A stretch of 64,000 nucleotides of DNA from an uncultured Planctomycetota bacterium (GCA_963823665.1 CAWGMQ010000010.1:1888001-1952000); one strand, 5' to 3'; numbered from the stretch's first letter, positions 45,496-55,233 are shown. The notes: generated by a model not told the origin, from the letters alone. Numbers and translations are program-made.

Positions 45496-46800
45496 ATGCA
45501 ACCCCATCTGCTCCCCGTCGCTCCCGACGTACCGCCCGAGACCCTTCGCTCGGTCAACCGCGATCACGCCCGCTTCGCCCGCCACGGCATGCCCGAGGGC
45601 CTCGACCGCTATCTCCTGGAAACCTACGGTCTGGACATGACCGCCTCCTACGCCGGGATCACCCTCGCGAACCCCTGGGGCAAGGCATCCGGCCAGCTCT
45701 CGCTCAACCGCGCCTCGGTCTCGGAAGCCGCCGATGCCGGCCTCGCGCTCGTCGTGCTCAAGACCGTCATCGCCCAGGACGCGAACGGCAACCAGGCCAT
45801 GTCCGCCTGGGCGATCAAGGAATCCAAGCTGTCCCTCGAGCGAATCAAGAGCGCTGACTCCGCCGAAGAAGGATGGACCGTCACCTGGAACGGCCGCGGC
45901 TGGTGGCAAACCCTCGATGATTACCTCGATCTCGTCCGCTCCGCCTGCCAGATCGGCCTGGAACGCCAGCTTCTGGTGGTCCCATCGGTCAAATATCACC
46001 TGCCGAATCCAGGCGAGACGACCTGGCACACGGACGAGTACCAAGTCACCACCCGCGCCATCCTCGACGCCTTTCAATCGGCCGGCGGCGCCTGGCCGAT
46101 GCCTCTCGAAAAAGACTTTTCCCCAACCCTGGCCGGTTCCGATCGCGCCGCTACCAGAGCGTCGGTGCTCGAATGGATCAGGCGCGTCCCGGGCTTGATC
46201 CGCGCAGCCGCACCCGACCCAGCCCAGATTCGAGTCGGTCTCAAGCTCTTCAATAGCCTTGATGATGACGAATTTCAGCTTGAGCTCCTCGCCGCAGTAT
46301 TCAAAACACCCGAACCGCCCGACTTCCTCGTCTACGCCAACCGACTGTTCAATCCTGAGCGCATCCACGAAGGCCAGCGCGGCGTCGCATACGGCGGGCC
46401 GGACCTGAGCAACCGGAATCTCCGCATGCTGGCGGCACTCAGGCTCGCTCAAGACGATGGAACCCTCCCCCGGCGTCCGCACGAGATATCCGCGACCGGC
46501 AACATCAGCTCGGGCCGAATCGCCGTCGAATATGCTTTGCGTGGTTGCACCAGCTTCCAGATCCACACGCTCTTCCAGCTCCCTGCCTCCGAGTATTCCT
46601 GTTTGAAGGGAACGAAGGTCCACAGAGCGCTGCACAGGCTGTACTTTGATCCCCATGATGGATTCATCGTTTGGGCGCTCCACGCTGCCCGGTGTCTGGG
46701 GTTGTCCCGGCGCGACGGCACCGTCCGCTTCCTGGATCTGTCCAGCGCCGGCGCTCGATCAGCCCTCATTCGGCGCGACCTCGACCCCCAATCGGCGTAG
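45496..46800 (+). CDS. Dihydroorotate/dihydropyrimidine dehydrogenase-like FMN TIM-barrel protein
   Basis: YAGITLANPWGKASG, VVLKT, GLKL, AYGGP, ISATGNI, ALRGCTSFQIHT. Confidence 0.7.
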   Translation: MQPHLLPVAPDVPPETLRSVNRDHARFARHGMPEGLDRYLLETYGLDMTASYAGITLANPWGKASGQLSLNRASVSEAADAGLALVVLKTVIAQDANGNQAMSAWAIKESKLSLERIKSADSAEEGWTVTWNGRGWWQTLDDYLDLVRSACQIGLERQLLVVPSVKYHLPNPGETTWHTDEYQVTTRAILDAFQSAGGAWPMPLEKDFSPTLAGSDRAATRASVLEWIRRVPGLIRAAAPDPAQIRVGLKLFNSLDDDEFQLELLAAVFKTPEPPDFLVYANRLFNPERIHEGQRGVAYGGPDLSNRNLRMLAALRLAQDDGTLPRRPHEISATGNISSGRIAVEYALRGCTSFQIHTLFQLPASEYSCLKGTKVHRALHRLYFDPHDGFIVWALHAARCLGLSRRDGTVRFLDLSSAGARSALIRRDLDPQSA

Positions 46801-47395
46801 CCCGTCGCATAGCCCGGCCGTGTCAACGTAGTGCAAGCCCTCGAGCCCCGCCGCCCGTGCGCCCTCGACATTCTCGGCCATATCGTCGATGAAGATGCAC
46901 GAGCCCGGCGCAGCTCCCGCCGCGCACGCGCACGCTTCATAGAACCGAGCGTCCGGCTTCATGCAACCCACCTCGTGAGAGAGAACAAGCGCATCGAATC
47001 GATCGAGCGTCGCGGCAAATCGTCGACGGTAGTATGGAGCGTGCAGCGCAGTTGGTATTCGACCCGAGAATCAAGGTGTACCCGCGCGAATCAAGCGATG
47101 CAATCAGCCGCGAAACCGGCTCGTTCAACCAGAAGATGTCCTCGAAGTCGCGCACGAAGTCTTCAAACGGTAGCGAGATCCCCAGCCCGTCCGTCACGCT
47201 CTCGGCAAACGCGGCGGGGCTGATCAAGCCCGTTTCGAACGGCGCGTGCAGCTTCCCAAATCCCGCGTCGCGAAGCTGCGTGCGGACCGATTCACCCGAA
47301 CGCCCGAGCCTCGCGCCCAGACGATCATAAAACCGCCGATAGTCAAAATACGCGACCACATTGCCGAAATCGAAGACTAGCACGGGTAGACGCAT
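46759..47395 (-). CDS. HAD-family phosphatase (frameshift near 47048)
   Basis: VFDFGNV, LGSNTN, GCMKPD, IFIDDMAENV. Confidence 0.88.
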
Positions 47396-47581
47396 CGATC
47401 CTCCACTCCCCAGCTCCCCCGCAGATTATCCCCGAATTTCTCTGGCTGCCAAGATGATCTGCCTTGCGCAGCCACATAAGCTTTGACTCATGAACCATCT
47501 GTGGTTATCCTTCAGGAAACCTGCCAGCCTGCGAAGAAGCCAGCACGGTCGTCGATGACCTGTCGGATGGAGTATGCACCC

Positions 47582-49027
47582 ATGAGCGCGATCAATTTGC
47601 ATGGCAGCGCACGCCGGGATCGGACGATAGGCTCGACTCGCCGCGAGGCACTCAGAGCGGGCATTCTGTCGCTTCTCGGCGGTTTGGGCAGCCCGCCCGT
47701 CGTACGGGCGCTCGAGGCCTCTCGCGAGCCTTACCGGCACCCCGCGCGAGCCAAGAGCGTGGTGCTTATCTACCTCCAGGGCGGCCCGCCCACCCAGGAC
47801 ATGTTCGACCTCAAGCCCGGCGCCCCCGAAGGCATCCGCAGCGAGTTCAAGCCGATCGCCTCGAGTGCGCCCGGCATCGACGTCTGCGAGCTGCTTCCCT
47901 TGACTGCCCGCTGGATGCACACGACGACAGTGGTCCGCAGCGTCTTCCACAACGGAGGCTGCCACAAGAATTTGCCAATGTACACCGGCTTTGATGTGAA
48001 CCTTCTGGACGAAGACTTCCGCGACACCGATCCGCCCAGCATGGGCTCGGTGTGCGCTTACCTGGAGCGCGACAATCCGCCCGCTTTGCCGCCGTACGTG
48101 TATCTCCCCTGTCCGCTCGGCTGGGGTGAAGCTCGCAAGAAAGCCGGCCCGCACGCCGGGTTCCTCGGTCGGCGCTTTGACCCATTTTGCACCGAATGCA
48201 CCGCATCGGTCGACCACCCACCGGACGACATCTGGGCTCCCCAGATTGTCCGCGGCCAGCCCTATTTGAGCGGAGCTAGCCTTCCGGATGAAGTCTCGCT
48301 CGCTCGCCTGCGCGATCGTCGCCGCCTGGTCGACCAGTCTGACGGGCCGTTCGTCAATCAAGTTTCCCAGGCCGGCCTCGGTGATTACCCGAGGCTTGAG
48401 CGCCTGGCCTTCGACATGCTCACAACCGAGCGGCTCCGAAATGCATTTGACTCGACCCGCGAGGATCCCCGCCTGCGAGAGCGGTACGGCGACACGCTTT
48501 TCGGCTCTGCGCTGCTCCTGGCCCGCCGGCTTCTGGAACGAGATGTGCGATTCATCAACGTCAGTTGGGATAATTACTCGAAGCGGTTCGGCGTGAGCAA
48601 AGCCGCCTGGGATACGCACGAGCGGAACTTCCCGATGCTCAAGGAGACGCTGCTCCCGAACTTCGACCAGTCCTACTCGGCATTCCTGGCCGATCTGGAC
48701 GCGCGTGGTCTCTTGGACGAGACGCTCGTCGTGACCATGGGCGAGATGGGCCGCACTCCCCAGGTCAACGCCAAGGGCGGCCGCGACCACTGGACCTATT
48801 GCTATTCCGTGCTCCTGGCCGGCGCGGGAATCAAGCGCGGCACGATCTGGGGCGCCTCCGACCAGCACGCGGCATTCATCAAGGACAATCCGGTTCATAT
48901 TCGCGACATCTGTGCAACGATCTATCACTTGCTCGGCATCGACCCCGCGATGCCCGTCTACGACCGCGGCGGTCGCCCCACCCCCGTCGCCCACGGCGGC
49001 CGCCCCATCACCGGCATCCTGGCCTGA
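47582..49027 (+). CDS. DUF1501 domain protein with Tat-like N-terminus
   Basis: TRREALRAG, AKSVVLIYLQGGPPTQDMFDLKP, WDTH, GEMGRTP, GRDHW, GAGIK. Confidence 0.9.
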   Translation: MSAINLHGSARRDRTIGSTRREALRAGILSLLGGLGSPPVVRALEASREPYRHPARAKSVVLIYLQGGPPTQDMFDLKPGAPEGIRSEFKPIASSAPGIDVCELLPLTARWMHTTTVVRSVFHNGGCHKNLPMYTGFDVNLLDEDFRDTDPPSMGSVCAYLERDNPPALPPYVYLPCPLGWGEARKKAGPHAGFLGRRFDPFCTECTASVDHPPDDIWAPQIVRGQPYLSGASLPDEVSLARLRDRRRLVDQSDGPFVNQVSQAGLGDYPRLERLAFDMLTTERLRNAFDSTREDPRLRERYGDTLFGSALLLARRLLERDVRFINVSWDNYSKRFGVSKAAWDTHERNFPMLKETLLPNFDQSYSAFLADLDARGLLDETLVVTMGEMGRTPQVNAKGGRDHWTYCYSVLLAGAGIKRGTIWGASDQHAAFIKDNPVHIRDICATIYHLLGIDPAMPVYDRGGRPTPVAHGGRPITGILA

Positions 49028-49047
49028 GCGCAAGAGCCTCAGCTCGA

Positions 49048-49113
49048 AATCTTGGTCCTAATCTTAATCTGAATCCTAATCCTAATCCTAATCCTAATCC
49101 TAATCCCAATCTT
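49048..49113. repeat. Tandem hexamer repeat (AATCCT)n
   Basis: Eleven 6-bp units, five of them perfect AATCCT. Confidence 0.9.
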
Positions 49114-49310
49114 GCCCCGACCCTTCACCCCACCCCGACCAGCCATTTCGTTTTGTACATTCGTCGCGCGTCCTTACGCCACAAGGACTACGGGAACGCA
49201 CTCGCTCCATCCAGATGGCCCTGGCGCCCGGCCTGGGATCCTCTTCGTCCCCGACGGGTGCGAGGGAGAACGAAAGGAGTGGCTCGCCATTTGACCCGTC
49301 GTGGATAACG

Positions 49311-49360
49311 TGCGCCGACGCTTGACCCCCCAAATCGCTGTCACCGCTGTCATCTCCTTC
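49311..49360 (-). repeat. 50-bp dispersed repeat, copy 2
   Basis: Reverse complement matches 79-128 at 47/50 positions. Confidence 0.9.
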
Positions 49361-50289
49361 GACGGCCCTCGCTCCACGTACCGATGCCGCCGATTCGGTC
49401 TGCCGACCCGATGCCTCCGGGTCGTCGCGTTACCACGCACGCTAGCGATCGGAGCTCCGCGCAGTTCGCTCGTCGTTTCCGCATCGAAAAAAGCCGTTCA
49501 AACATAGTGAACAACACGGCGAAATCATTTTGGCAATTCTGCGGTGGCATTGCCAAGTGTTTTTCCAATCGCGTGAAAACGCACACGTCAGGTCCGATCC
49601 TTTGATTCAGATTCGACATGCGGAACAGCCGTGCCCGGCCCGGATCACCGCTCGAACGATCGAAAAATGGCAAAAAGTGGCAATCCTGGGAGGGTGTTCG
49701 AGCATCCGTACACCGGTGTAAACTGGCCGCTTTCAGCAGCGGCCAGCGGTCATCATCCATTGGTTCTTGAAGCTCGCTCAACGCAGTTCCAATCACGGTC
49801 TCTTCTCCCGAGTAGGTCAGGCTTCAGCCTGACGATCTCCAGATCAACCGATGAGCCGGACGTCCTGCGAGATCAGTCCTCCAGCCTGAAACGCGAACGA
49901 ATTGCGCCTCGAGTTCCCGGTTATTGGGGTCGATCTCAGCGGTTCCCGCACCGCCCGCCGGCGCGCACCCCCGGCTCCTATCTAGATGATCTACAAAACC
50001 CCCGATCCATTTGCGCCGAAGATGTGGTATTCGTCCATTTCGAGCGAGATTTCTCCGCCGTCTGCCCCCCCGTCCTCCGCACCGATTCTCGGCGGAGTTC
50101 GTTTTGAGCATTCAACGCGCGTCCTTTCCCCGCAAGGATTAAGGGAACGAACCGATTCGTCCCGCCCGCGCGTGTTACGTGCGGATCTCAAGGCCCCGCA
50201 CCCGCCGAGACCGAAGTTAAGCCTGATCGCACGCGTCCGTCGAGCCGATCTCAATCAAACATCGCCTGGCCAAACCAACCGCACCCAGG

Positions 50290-50604
50290 CTAAGCCCCAG
50301 CGCCGCCATCAGATACCCAACCCCAAGGGTGTCGAACCCCCAGGAAAAGCTGGACCAGCATTACATGAACAACGACCGTGCCAGCCGTGAACAGCATCCC
50401 GATGCCCAGGTAATAACAAAACGTGAACGACACATCCTCGGACTTGCCGAAAATCCCTTGAGCTTGAAGCGCCTCAGGCTGCATCTCAATTGCAGCCCAT
50501 TCCATATACTGAGGCGAAGTCAGTTTGAAATACGTTCCGATCTTGAGGACGAAGACGCTCATCCAAACCAAAATGAAGCCAACCAAGAGAGGATTGCGCA
50601 ACAT
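50290..50604 (-). CDS. Small hypothetical membrane protein
   Basis: Two hydrophobic segments; gagg upstream of the ATG. Confidence 0.55.
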   Translation of the reverse strand: MLRNPLLVGFILVWMSVFVLKIGTYFKLTSPQYMEWAAIEMQPEALQAQGIFGKSEDVSFTFCYYLGIGMLFTAGTVVVHVMLVQLFLGVRHPWGWVSDGGAGA

Positions 50605-50937
50605 GACCCGAACCTCGATTCGCAGCAAACGGGGAAACGTGGTCGTCGTTCGCCCTCGGCGATTCTATCACGTTCATCGCCGGAGCTCAGCGCGAGCTCC
50701 CGGCGCTCGCGGGCAGACTGGTCTGGCCGAATCGATTCGCCGCGACAGCGAGCGGCAGGTTAATAACCAGATAGCAGACCCAAGCGTAGCATACTCATCG
50801 CACTCGGAGGTGCATCGCGACGGTCGCGACCACGAGTTGGAGGACGATGGGCCATCCGCGAGTTAAAAGATGGTCGGAAGACGCGACCAAGAGGATCAAC
50901 CGTTAAATCGCGCGAGAATCGCTCCACGCCCGCGGCG

Positions 50938-51168
50938 TTGGCGCCGCTGGCACAAGAGATAGCGGTGTACAAAGCTCACCAGCCGCGATTGCTTCGGGAA
51001 CACGCCGGCCAGTTTGTCCTCATCAATGCCGATCAGATCGTTGGAGTTTTCCCCGATCGCTCCTCCGCACTCGACGAGGGTTACCGACGCTTCGGAATTG
51101 TGTCCTTTCTCGTTAAGGAAATCTCCGAAACCCAGCCCGCGATCTATCTTCCGAATATAGTGCCGTGA
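50938..51168 (+). CDS. Small DUF5678-like protein
   Basis: EIAVY..LLREHAGQFVLI..IVGVF..ALDEGYRRFG..FLVKEI; 3 bp upstream of an aspartyl protease gene. Confidence 0.7.
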   Translation: MAPLAQEIAVYKAHQPRLLREHAGQFVLINADQIVGVFPDRSSALDEGYRRFGIVSFLVKEISETQPAIYLPNIVP

Positions 51169-51171
51169 GCC

Positions 51172-51633
51172 ATGCCGAGGTTGGAATCGCCGATCGGCGA
51201 AGATGGGCCGATCATCGACATCAGGTGCTGGGTCAGCCCCGAGTACGAAAACGCGGTCCGATCGCACGCATCCCCGCGCCCGAAGCCCTTCTCAACTCGC
51301 GGACTCATCGACACCGGCGCCCGTGCCACGGCGATTCAACACTTGCTCGTCCAAGGTATGGGCCTTCCAATTCACGATTGGATGACCATCACATCGTCCG
51401 CATCTGGGAACGAAGTGCGTGAAGCTCCGGTCTATCAACTCAGGATGACTTTCGGATCCCTCGAGGCCGACGATGCCCCTAAGGAACAGGCCGGAAATAA
51501 CTTCCCGATTTCGGTCTCAATCCTACCACGACGGAAAGCCCTCGTTCCGACGCTCTGCGTCGGAACGGTCTTTGTGCCGCTCCGCGGCGCACTTCACGTA
51601 AATCGACGGAATTTGGTTCCGGCCCGTTCCTAA
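51172..51633 (+). CDS. Retropepsin-like aspartyl protease, probably 3'-truncated
   Basis: GLIDTGARATAI active-site motif; no hydrophobic-GRD motif; the tail runs through a palindrome. Confidence 0.7.
   Translation: MPRLESPIGEDGPIIDIRCWVSPEYENAVRSHASPRPKPFSTRGLIDTGARATAIQHLLVQGMGLPIHDWMTITSSASGNEVREAPVYQLRMTFGSLEADDAPKEQAGNNFPISVSILPRRKALVPTLCVGTVFVPLRGALHVNRRNLVPARS
51541..51567. repeat. REP-like palindrome
   Basis: cgttccgacgc-tct-gcgtcggaacg, perfect 11-bp stem. Confidence 0.75.
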
Positions 51634-51963
51634 GTGGCGAATCATTCGCGCAGTCGGCGTCCGCGTCGTTTCCCCTGGGGCATTGATTCTGATTGGACAG
51701 GATCTTCTTGCGACATGTCGTTTCACATACGACGGACGAAAGGCTCGCTTGATGATGTCTTAGTAGGTCCCCGGCGTCACGCCATCCGTCCGGGCCAATA
51801 CCCGCCAGACAGTCGTGACCGTACGGCGGCCAAGCCTGCTCCCTCGAATGAACCAAGCTGACCTCGACAAGGCATTTCGAATGAGAAAGGTTGGAATGCC
51901 GCAACCAAGAAAACCGCGATCAAACGTCGAATTTCATTCTTTCTGGCTTCCTGCCCGGCGCAC

Positions 51964-52341
51964 TCACCGCACCTGCAAGTGCATCGCGAGCTTCGCAACG
52001 ACGAGCTGATTGAGGCTCACGCCTTCCGCTTCCGCTTCGCTGGCTAGCGCCGCGTGCAGCGATTTGGGAACGCGCACATTGAACTTGCCGCTATACTCCC
52101 GCTTCTGCGGACCAGTGGGCGGCTCAGGCAGGCTGTCGATCAACCGGTCGACCGCCCGGCTTTCCTTCGTCTTGGCAAAAGCCGCCCGGTCCTTGGCATT
52201 CGGAAACAGTCGTGCGAACGGCCCTCCGGGGCCGTAGATGGCGTTGTTGGCGTCTACCCAGGTGAAGCCCGTTGTCTTCGCCAGCTCGCGCGCTCGCGCC
52301 AGAAGTTCCTGCGCCCGGCTTTCTGTAGTTCGTTTCGACAT
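51964..52341 (-). CDS. HicB-like antitoxin/RHH DNA-binding protein
   Basis: C-terminal YSGKFNVRVPKSLHAALASEAEAEGVSLNQLVVAKL. Confidence 0.82.
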   Translation of the reverse strand: MSKRTTESRAQELLARARELAKTTGFTWVDANNAIYGPGGPFARLFPNAKDRAAFAKTKESRAVDRLIDSLPEPPTGPQKREYSGKFNVRVPKSLHAALASEAEAEGVSLNQLVVAKLAMHLQVR

Positions 52342-52356
52342 TCTTGATACTTCCGA

Positions 52357-52523
52357 TCAATCCAGGTCGATGATCTCGCCGGCATCACGAACTTCAAAGT
52401 AAATCGCGCGCTGGCCAAGCTGCTTTCCGATGCGGCTGAATATCTCACGCGCTTCCTGAACGCGACTAGACGGGACCAGGACCTCCAGACGGTAATTTGA
52501 CTCTTCATACACGCGGCCGTCGT
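52357..52523 (-). pseudogene. 3' half of a small gene directly upstream of the HicB-like gene
   Basis: DGRVYEESNYRLEVLVP..IGKQLGQRAIYFEVR..IIDLD; the 5' end is replaced by a copy of HicB-like sequence. Confidence 0.6.
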
Positions 52524-52685
52524 CCGGCAGGCTCTCGATCAAGCGGTCGACCTGCCGGCTTTATTTCCGCCGATTCCCCTGCGTCACAGAAATCAAATCG
52601 CAGGTCCGCATTCCCGAAGGATCTGCTATTGTGCGCCATCCCGCCCCAATCCAAAATCTGAAATCAGAAGGGGGAGCCTCGCCCG

Positions 52686-53642
52686 ATGCCTACCGATCAC
52701 GCAAGCGAACCTCCGACTCGTCGCCGTCGGCGCCGCTGGCGATTAAACGTCCTGCTCGGCCTTACTGCCTTGGTCCTCGCCTTCTTCGTTTTCTCCCGCC
52801 TCACGCCTGAGCAGGCCAGGCGCCTTGGTCCTTGGGGCGAGTCGTTGTATGAGTTGTTCAATCCGCCGGCCGATCACGACGTCAGTCCAGCCGGTCGGCG
52901 TCTGATCGCCGAGGTAAAGACGCTCGGTGGTGAAGCGCGGCGCCTGGGGCAAGCGCCCGGATTCCTTCGGCTCGTCGGCGGCACCGACTCGTTCCACATC
53001 CGCGTGAACGGAACGCGGTTCGGTGATGAGGACCTGGCGCGGCTCGTCCAGAACTACGGCAAGCTGATTTGGGGCCTCGACATTCGCAACACGAACGTTT
53101 CAGACGAGGGGCTTCGACACCTGACGGGTCTGTCCAGCCTCGAGCAGCTCGTGCTTGGTAACGACGATTTGAGCGGCTCTCGCGGAATTGAACGAATTCA
53201 ACCGCCGACGAGCCCCATCACCGACGCCGGCTTGGTCCACCTACGAGACTTGCCGCACCTCATGAGCTTGAACGTCAGCGGTTTGCCGATCACGGATGCG
53301 GGGCTCGCGTCGATCGGCGACCTACCAAACCTCGGGGCTCTGTATCTGAGCCGAACGAAGGTGCACGGTCAGAACCTCGGCAAGTTGAAGTGGCTACCGA
53401 AGCTGGCGATCCTCTATCTTGACAAGAGCGAAGTGACCGAAAAGGCCCTCAGCCAGCTCGCCGGCGGTTCAAACCTCCAGTTCCTTTCCCTTAACAGTCT
53501 CTCCCTGACGGCCGAGGGATTGAAGACGTTAAAGGCCCTGCCAGGGCTCCGGCAACTGGACATCATCGGTTGTGGATTGCTCGACGAAGAAGTGGACGAC
53601 CTCCGAACCAGCAAACCCGCTCTGAAGATCCAGCGATACTGA
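52686..53642 (+). CDS. Membrane-anchored leucine-rich repeat protein
   Basis: Poly-Arg plus TM helix, then repeats like ITDAGLVHLRDLPHLMSLNVSG. Confidence 0.9.
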   Translation: MPTDHASEPPTRRRRRRWRLNVLLGLTALVLAFFVFSRLTPEQARRLGPWGESLYELFNPPADHDVSPAGRRLIAEVKTLGGEARRLGQAPGFLRLVGGTDSFHIRVNGTRFGDEDLARLVQNYGKLIWGLDIRNTNVSDEGLRHLTGLSSLEQLVLGNDDLSGSRGIERIQPPTSPITDAGLVHLRDLPHLMSLNVSGLPITDAGLASIGDLPNLGALYLSRTKVHGQNLGKLKWLPKLAILYLDKSEVTEKALSQLAGGSNLQFLSLNSLSLTAEGLKTLKALPGLRQLDIIGCGLLDEEVDDLRTSKPALKIQRY

Positions 53643-53645
53643 GGC

Positions 53646-54309
53646 ACCACACACGGCACGGCGTGGCCGGCCAGTTCCCATCCCCGTTAGCGTTGGCCAT
53701 CGAGTGAGAATCGCCCGCACTCTGAACGCCACCGCCTCGCCCCCTCCGCAACAAGCCGCGCCAGGTCCCCAAACGTTCGCAGGTCTCCGATCGTGACCCG
53801 GGACGGAAGGAAAAAGCGATTACAGGTCCAAGCCCCAATCCACGAGAGAGCAGATACGCACACGCCGCCGCAGACCACGATCGGCGAAATCAGCAACCCA
53901 GCCAGAGCGACAAGCAATCCAAATACCAACCCCCAGAAGCCCAACTCATACAAAGGCCCGCTCACCTTCACGTCCGGAAGTGAGTTCGGAGCCAATCTCG
54001 CGATGGGCCCGGTGAACACCTCAGGATGCCGCCGCGCGTATGGTTCGAACGGCGTCGAAGGCGCCGCAGAATCCACATTCACACCTGACTGTTGTAACGT
54101 TGAGCGAATCGCCAGGAACGCGCCGGCGGTCAGGCACTTCGAAGCAAGGATGTTGACCGGTTCGATCGAGGGCATGAATGCCGGCTGCGCGATAAACGAG
54201 CAAAGGTCCCGGAGCGTCCAGGACCTGGCCGGTTCGACTACGGCGCGCCACGTCCTGTCTGGCAATCCGAGCTTCCATTCAGTATCGAGCGCCCTCCCGA
54301 GCCGTCTCC
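53646..54309. repeat. ~665-bp direct repeat, copy 1
   Basis: Colinear and highly similar to 57290-57956, from accacacacggcac to gagccgtctcc. Confidence 0.92.
53687..54309 (-). pseudogene. 5'-truncated hypothetical membrane protein gene
   Basis: Homology to 57331-58131 begins at RRLGRALDTEWK; the first ~60 codons are missing. Confidence 0.75.
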
Positions 54310-54347
54310 TTGTCGCACGGACAGATGGACGCATCACCGGACATGGG

Positions 54348-54626
54348 TTAGTGCTGGTGGTCGAGCTCGAACAACGCTCTCTTGAACGACACTTTCGCGC
54401 CCTCGACCGAGGCCTTCGAGACATACCCTTTCTCGTACATCCGCTCGGCCCATTGCATTCGGTCGGACGCCCGTCGATAGTCATCCAGTAATCGCACGAG
54501 TCTGGCCAGTTCGCGATCGCGTCGGGCCATCCTGATGCTTTGGATGACGAGTGCCGACACGAGGGCCGCGACGACGATCAGGATCATCATCTGCCGCACC
54601 GTGAACCGCACGCGGGGAAGTCGCAT
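54348..54626 (-). CDS. Small membrane-anchored protein with RFTVR N-terminus
   Basis: MRLPRVRFTVRQMMILIVVAALV plus helical tail DRMQWAERMYEKGYVSKA; gagg RBS. Confidence 0.78.
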   Translation of the reverse strand: MRLPRVRFTVRQMMILIVVAALVSALVIQSIRMARRDRELARLVRLLDDYRRASDRMQWAERMYEKGYVSKASVEGAKVSFKRALFELDHQH

Positions 54627-54966
54627 GGTTGTGCCTCGATAGGCTCAATCGGAAATTCTCGAAGTCCGAAATCGACCGATTTCGGCACTCCCCCCCAGAG
54701 TAACCAAATCTCGCCGAAAAGGGCCTGAAATCCGTCCCTTTACCCTTCCCGGAATCGACGTCCCTGGCCGTTGCCCAACCGCCGGGCCTCGGGACAGCCT
54801 CCCCATAGTGTGCAAAATGGCCCACGTGGGTATCATCGAAGGCTCGCACGAAATCTTTCGCGGTGATTTGCACGTCACTTCACGGGGACGTAAGCGCCGC
54901 AATGGTTCGAGCGTGCAAATTAGGTATGAAGACTACGGGTAGGCATGTCTGAATGAATGGGATGCC

Positions 54967-55233
54967 ATGAAACGCTTCCGGCTGAGCACGGTCATGTTGC
55001 TGGTGATCATCGTGGCGTTGGGTGTTGCCCTCGTGGTGCATGAGCAGCGGGCGAGGCGTCGTGAGGCTGCGTTACTGGCCCAACTGCACCCCGTTGAGCA
55101 TACGATTGTCGCACCCTTCTCAGGTATTATAACAAAGAACAAAAAAATCACATTTATTGAGCCGACAACTGATATCAGGAAGGTATTGGAGGAGTTGACT
55201 AGCGGCCGCGACAAGAGGGAAGAAGGGAAGTGA
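54967..55233 (+). CDS. Small membrane-anchored protein with RFRLS N-terminus
   Basis: MKRFRLSTVMLLVIIVALGVALVV plus coiled segment and TIVAPFSGII. Confidence 0.72.
   Translation: MKRFRLSTVMLLVIIVALGVALVVHEQRARRREAALLAQLHPVEHTIVAPFSGIITKNKKITFIEPTTDIRKVLEELTSGRDKREEGK

Noticed and set aside
44782..49033. Long antisense ORFs (e.g. 44782..46683, 47426..49033; also 21973..23640, 28755..30203)
   Set aside because: They are shadow ORFs of high-GC genes that have clear motifs on the other strand.
79..49360. One large transposon bounded by the 50-bp inverted repeats
   Set aside because: No transposase or target-site duplication is visible and the interval is mostly core genes.
49360..50290. Overlapping short ORFs in a ~900-bp gap, and similarly at 56780-57290
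   Set aside because: No recognisable motifs, RBS or RNA structure that I can support; left unannotated.
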